A stretch of 64,000 bases of DNA from an uncultured Nitrososphaerota archaeon (lineage in GTDB: Archaea > Thermoproteota > Nitrososphaeria > Conexivisphaerales > DTJL01): NCBI GenBank assembly GCA_963842885.1, contig CAWJIE010000003.1:384001-448000 (forward strand), written 5' to 3'. Below, piece after piece: positions 60,228-64,000 of this stretch; within the stretch, counting starts at the first letter, position 1; each line of letters begins with the position of its first letter. The translations under genes were made by a program, and so were the position numbers. The notes under the pieces are model-generated. The model had not been told where the DNA came from. It saw only the letters and a list, made by a program, of their open reading frames with translations, and did no database searches.

Positions 60228-62225
60228 TCAGAACCGCCAAGAGAGCCACCCCTGCCGACACAGCGACCCCGATGGGGAACCAGTCGGTCGTTCAGGTGGT
60301 TCGCGTCCGCGGGGGGAAGGGAGGCCCCCGCCGACCCGCTGGTGCGTCACTTCTGCCAACGTCGTCCTATTCTTGGGTGCTAATTGCCACCAAGAGGACG
60401 CATATATCTTCAAAGCTTCGGTCAAGCGACCAAGCGTGCTGTCCTCCTTCGTCTGGAGCATGACGAAGGCACCGGATGCGACGATCAAGGCAGCCGCCAC
60501 GATCACGACGATGTCGAGCACGTTGATCGCGAAGGAGCCCTGAACGCTCATGGGCGAGCTCACTGGTATGGGTTGAGGTCCAGTTCCGCTCAGTGCCCCA
60601 GACCAGCCTTCGAACGAATACAGGAAAGAGGGGGCCGGCGCGAGGGACACCGTGGCGCCGCTCGGGACGTAGATCGTCCCGTTCGTGCCAGATGCGACGG
60701 ATCCGGATGTGGAACCATAGGTGTAGCTCACCGATCCCCCATCACTGGCCGCGATGGTCAGGCCGGGGTAGAACTCGGCGACCTCCGTGATGGGCGAGGA
60801 AACCGTCAAGGAAGCGCTACCACCAGTCCCCGTGTAGGAGCCCGTCCCCGTGTAGGAGCCCGTCCCCGTGCCCTCCCATCCGGCTAACTCCCATCCTGGG
60901 GATGGTAAGGCGGTGAGGGTGAGCGGAGCGCCCACGCCGTACCAGCCGCCCGAAGAAGAGACACTCCCCCCATCCGAGGAACTTGGCGCGACGGTGACCG
61001 AGAACTGTTGGTAATAGGTGACGGAGATGAGCGTTGAAGACGAGACCGTCCCAGCAGCTGAGCTGTTGTCCGCCATCCACCGCACTGTAGAGTTTGAGCC
61101 TACTAGAGGGTTGGTCACGGACCACGATTGACCGGAGTCCACCCAGGAGTCCACGGGAGAGCCTGTGAGCGTCGCAGAGAAGGAGCCGCCGAACTGTTCC
61201 GCCGTCAATGTCGGAGAGGAGGGGCTCCCTCCACCGGCCAAAGCATATTCCAGCTTGAAATCGTATTGGTGATAGAAGTTAATCGTCAGGTTCGCTCTTG
61301 GAGAGGCATTCCCGACTGAACTCGGCGTCATCCACCTTTCGGAGGCTCCGGAGCCGCCCAACAGACCAGTGACCGACCACGACGAGCCAACATCGAGCCA
61401 GAGGGACTGGGGCGCTTGGTTCAAGCTGACAGATGAAGAGGTGCCGAGGCTCACGTAGGTCAGCTGGGGTGGCGACGGTGTCCCCTCGCCAACCACCGAG
61501 TAGGAAAAGGAGCCCTCGAACTGCTCGGTGAAATTGAGAACCACGGATGCCTGCGGAGAGTCGACGAGCAATACCCCCGAGGACTGGTTCGCGGCATATC
61601 TAGTCCCTTCCCCCACCGATGAAGGAGGCACGGTCCAATTGTATTGTCCGTAAGGCAGGTTTGCCTGAGCGACAAAAGAGCTCTGGCTCGAAGAGAAGCT
61701 CTGGCCGTTGAGGATGACTGACCAGGCCGTACCGCTGGGCAGGCCGTCTTCGGCGAATGAGACGGTCTCATTTCCTGGTTCTGTGATGGGCCTGTAGGTC
61801 ACGAGGAATTGGACGGTATTGCTCGTCACCTCGGTCGTGTCCATGATAGACGTGACGGCGCGAAACACGCCATCCATGGGGATGTATAATTGGTACAAGT
61901 ATCCCCCTGTATCGTTCGATTGCAACCTGAAGTTCGACCAGCTGCCGTCGGGCCAGGTGAGGGTGAGGAGGATGCCGGCTACACGTCCAGGTGTCAACAC
62001 GCCTTCGAAGGTGATCGTATCGTAGACGTGAACCGAAGTGCTGTTGATGCCAAGGGTAAGGGTTTCGTTCGAAGGCTGAGCCTGCGGAGGTTTGGCGATC
62101 TCGGCCCGAGCGACCTGAGCGCGGATGGCGCCAAGGTTGGAGGCGAAGGGGCCCGGCTGGCCAAGGACGCCTCCGATCAGGAAGAGGGCGCTAGCCAACA
62201 CCAAGTACCGATAGAAGGTATGCAA
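60228..62225 (-). CDS. large surface protein with beta-sandwich/InlB-B-like repeats and TM anchor (3' end frameshifted)
   Basis: Signal peptide, F.E.GLPSGT.WSV.LNG, repeated WVDSG.SWSV, F.GW.G motifs, TM. Confidence 0.7.
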   Translation of the reverse strand: MHTFYRYLVLASALFLIGGVLGQPGPFASNLGAIRAQVARAEIAKPPQAQPSNETLTLGINSTSVHVYDTITFEGVLTPGRVAGILLTLTWPDGSWSNFRLQSNDTGGYLYQLYIPMDGVFRAVTSIMDTTEVTSNTVQFLVTYRPITEPGNETVSFAEDGLPSGTAWSVILNGQSFSSSQSSFVAQANLPYGQYNWTVPPSSVGEGTRYAANQSSGVLLVDSPQASVVLNFTEQFEGSFSYSVVGEGTPSPPQLTYVSLGTSSSVSLNQAPQSLWLDVGSSWSVTGLLGGSGASERWMTPSSVGNASPRANLTINFYHQYDFKLEYALAGGGSPSSPTLTAEQFGGSFSATLTGSPVDSWVDSGQSWSVTNPLVGSNSTVRWMADNSSAAGTVSSSTLISVTYYQQFSVTVAPSSSDGGSVSSSGGWYGVGAPLTLTALPSPGWELAGWEGTGTGSYTGTGSYTGTGGSASLTVSSPITEVAEFYPGLTIAASDGGSVSYTYGSTSGSVASGTNGTIYVPSGATVSLAPAPSFLYSFEGWSGALSGTGPQPIPVSSPMSVQGSFAINVLDIVVIVAAALIVASGAFVMLQTKEDSTLGRLTEALKIYASSWWQLAPKNRTTLAEVTHQRVGGGLPSPRGREPPERPTGSPSGSLCRQGWLSWRF
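60826..60870. repeat. in-frame 18-bp tandem duplication (GTGSYT x2.5)
   Basis: GTCCCCGTGTAGGAGCCC repeated perfectly. Confidence 0.8.
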
Positions 62226-62652
62226 GGATCACCACTTGGAAGTAGATTAGGCCGGCATAAAAACCCAGAAGGTAGAGCATGGAGGTCTTGGAGCCGCTGG
62301 CAGCTGCCACGTGCTGTTTGGTCGGGCACCCTCCGGCGAGGACTGAGAAGAGCCCGAAGCCTATTCCGCCTATGAAGATCAGTAACATCGTATCAAGCGT
62401 GAGGCCCGGGGTATTGAGCAGTGAGAGGAAGTTGCCTTCGTTAGGGCTGAAGGACTTCAGGACGACGAACCCAATAAGGGCACCCACGAACATCCCCAGG
62501 ACCGTCTTCAGCAGGTAGGTGTCCTTGAAGAGGTAGAAGTCCCTGTAGCCGGAGATGGAGCAAGCCTTCGAGCGCTGCCACAAGTAGCCTATGATCCCGC
62601 CGGCGATCAGCGTCGCGACGTTGATCTCTAGTCCCGTGCTTTCACCCTCCAT
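62191..62652 (-). CDS. YeeE/YedE sulfur (thiosulfate) transporter half
   Basis: QRSKACSISGYRD, LAGGCP. Confidence 0.8.
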   Translation of the reverse strand: MEGESTGLEINVATLIAGGIIGYLWQRSKACSISGYRDFYLFKDTYLLKTVLGMFVGALIGFVVLKSFSPNEGNFLSLLNTPGLTLDTMLLIFIGGIGFGLFSVLAGGCPTKQHVAAASGSKTSMLYLLGFYAGLIYFQVVILAYLLSVLGVG

Positions 62653-63110
62653 TTGACATAGCGGCAGGCGAGGACCACCCCTATGAGGATCCCGACCAGC
62701 CCGGGCACGGCCAGGAGGTTCCCGTACGCCAGCAACATGATCGCCCTGACCGAGCAGAAGCCCATGAGCATGCCGAAGTTGGCTACCGCGAAGCCGTATA
62801 CCACAGGGGAGGCGCGGTCAGGGACCGACCTGAGCCGCAGCTCCTTCTTCTGGTATGCCGAGAGGGCCGCCCCGAACACGATGCCAACATAGGTCAGCAC
62901 AGGGATGACGAGGGAGTAATTCGAGAGAAAGAAGTTGGTGCCGAAAAGCTTGTTGAAGACGAAGTCGATCATGTCCCTCGGGTGAGATATGCCGCAGATG
63001 CCGAAGGCCTCGGGGACGTCCATCGCCAGGATCCCCACCGCGATCGCGGCCCAGAGGCCGGTGGCGAGGCCTGCAATCAGGGGGGTGATCCTAAAGGGCT
63101 TCGAAAGCTC
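62628..63110 (-). CDS. YeeE/YedE-like sulfur transporter half (start uncertain)
   Basis: AFGICGISHPRD, G.V.GA.LSA...E, GFCSVR. Confidence 0.7.
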   Translation of the reverse strand, partial: ELSKPFRITPLIAGLATGLWAAIAVGILAMDVPEAFGICGISHPRDMIDFVFNKLFGTNFFLSNYSLVIPVLTYVGIVFGAALSAYQKKELRLRSVPDRASPVVYGFAVANFGMLMGFCSVRAIMLLAYGNLLAVPGLVGILIGVVLACRYVKWRVKARD

Positions 63111-63636
63111 AACCGCCCCCCATCATCAGCTGGAGTAACGAGATCGTGCCCTTTCCGTGGCACTTGGGGCACGGGAGTGTCACCGTCGTGTTGCTGGCCT
63201 GGAAAACTGCAGCGGAGAAGGACAGCGTCGGGAGGACGGGAACGTTGTTGATGGCGACCTGGGCAGGGTACTGTGCGTGGGCGACGAAATTCGAAGCATT
63301 GGCAGGGACCACAAAGGTATAGAAAGTCTTGGAGATGAGGGACCCGGTTTCGCTGTAGCTGGTGTTAAGGAGGACGGACGCGTTGATTGGGACCGTGGCG
63401 ACATTGGAGAAGGTGAAGGTCAGGTTGGTCGTGTACACCGCATACGTGCCGCATCCCAGTCGCACGGTGCCAACCACCAGCGTGCTCAAGTCCACGAGCC
63501 TGATATTCTCCATCCCCACGACGCTTAGGTTAACCACCCCTGTCCCGTGGCACTCAGGGCATTGCACTGGGTAGACCGCGGGGACCGCTATCATGACGGC
63601 AAGTATCGTGAAGAGCGAGAAGAGCTTGAGGCTCAA
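63109..63636 (-). CDS. secreted protein with two CxxCHGxG motifs
   Basis: Signal peptide, CPECHGTG near the N-terminus and CPKCHGKG near the C-terminus. Confidence 0.6.
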   Translation of the reverse strand: MSLKLFSLFTILAVMIAVPAVYPVQCPECHGTGVVNLSVVGMENIRLVDLSTLVVGTVRLGCGTYAVYTTNLTFTFSNVATVPINASVLLNTSYSETGSLISKTFYTFVVPANASNFVAHAQYPAQVAINNVPVLPTLSFSAAVFQASNTTVTLPCPKCHGKGTISLLQLMMGGG

Positions 63637-64000
63637 GGCGATCCCTCCGCCAGCTTCACGATTCTCCGTGGAAAATCGTAGACGAGTTTGTAACTACCAA
63701 GGAGGCTTTGGCCTATTACGAAATCGACACCGAGGTTCTCGGTCAGGTCCTGAGCCGCCGTCAGAACGTTCTTCACGACGAACTTGCCCACTTCGATCTT
63801 GTCGATCGTAATGAAAGGAACTTTGATCAAGTAATGGGGCGTGATTATCTTCGTGTTCACGTTGGGTGCTTCCGGAATGTAGAACGCGTTGTAGCCCAAG
63901 TCGGTGGCATCGCTTCTCTGGATCAGGCAGAGCTCCGACGCCGTATCGATGACCGCCCGCAGTTCACGCACGCCCTTGGGGCCATGAATCCTGACGAAGA
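63633..64000 (-). CDS. retropepsin-like aspartyl protease (5' end outside window)
   Basis: AVIDTASE and FVIGQSLL motifs. Confidence 0.7.
   Translation of the reverse strand, partial: FVRIHGPKGVRELRAVIDTASELCLIQRSDATDLGYNAFYIPEAPNVNTKIITPHYLIKVPFITIDKIEVGKFVVKNVLTAAQDLTENLGVDFVIGQSLLGSYKLVYDFPRRIVKLAEGSP

Noticed and set aside
60826-60870. 18-bp tandem duplication as a diversification system
   Set aside because: A single in-frame slippage in a Gly/Thr/Ser linker, with no reverse transcriptase or template repeat.

Overview
Archaeal chromosomal DNA, GC-rich. Gene content (uL10/uL1/uL11, Spt5, SecE, FtsY, prefoldin, aIF6, eL31, eL39, eS19, Rpp21, Nep1, two TFBs, intron-containing tRNA-Gly and tRNA-Val) suggests a Thermoproteota/Nitrososphaeria-like lineage; that assignment is inference. 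Many genes, including essential ribosomal ones, carry single-base frameshifts that look like assembly indel errors. About 1-21 kb is an accessory, decaying region with ABC permeases, membrane-anchored ArsR/wHTH regulators, an integrase remnant, an archaeal AAA+ ATPase and an intact tyrosine recombinase. Its most unusual parts are non-coding. One is an 8-unit, 103-105 bp degenerate array (13120-13896) with paired ATGARAC boxes exactly 34 bp apart inside co-varying inverted arms, about 0.7 kb from the recombinase. The other is a ~0.9 kb tract with 5-bp periodicity (10330-11240). A helically phased CGTTC array lies upstream of a TFB gene, and a promoter-bearing 14-aa Lys-rich micro-ORF lies beside msrA. 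21-40 kb holds stress, protease and transport genes, 40-50 kb the core translation cluster, and 50-64 kb mixed housekeeping and surface genes. All calls come from motif recognition by eye; no database searches were run.
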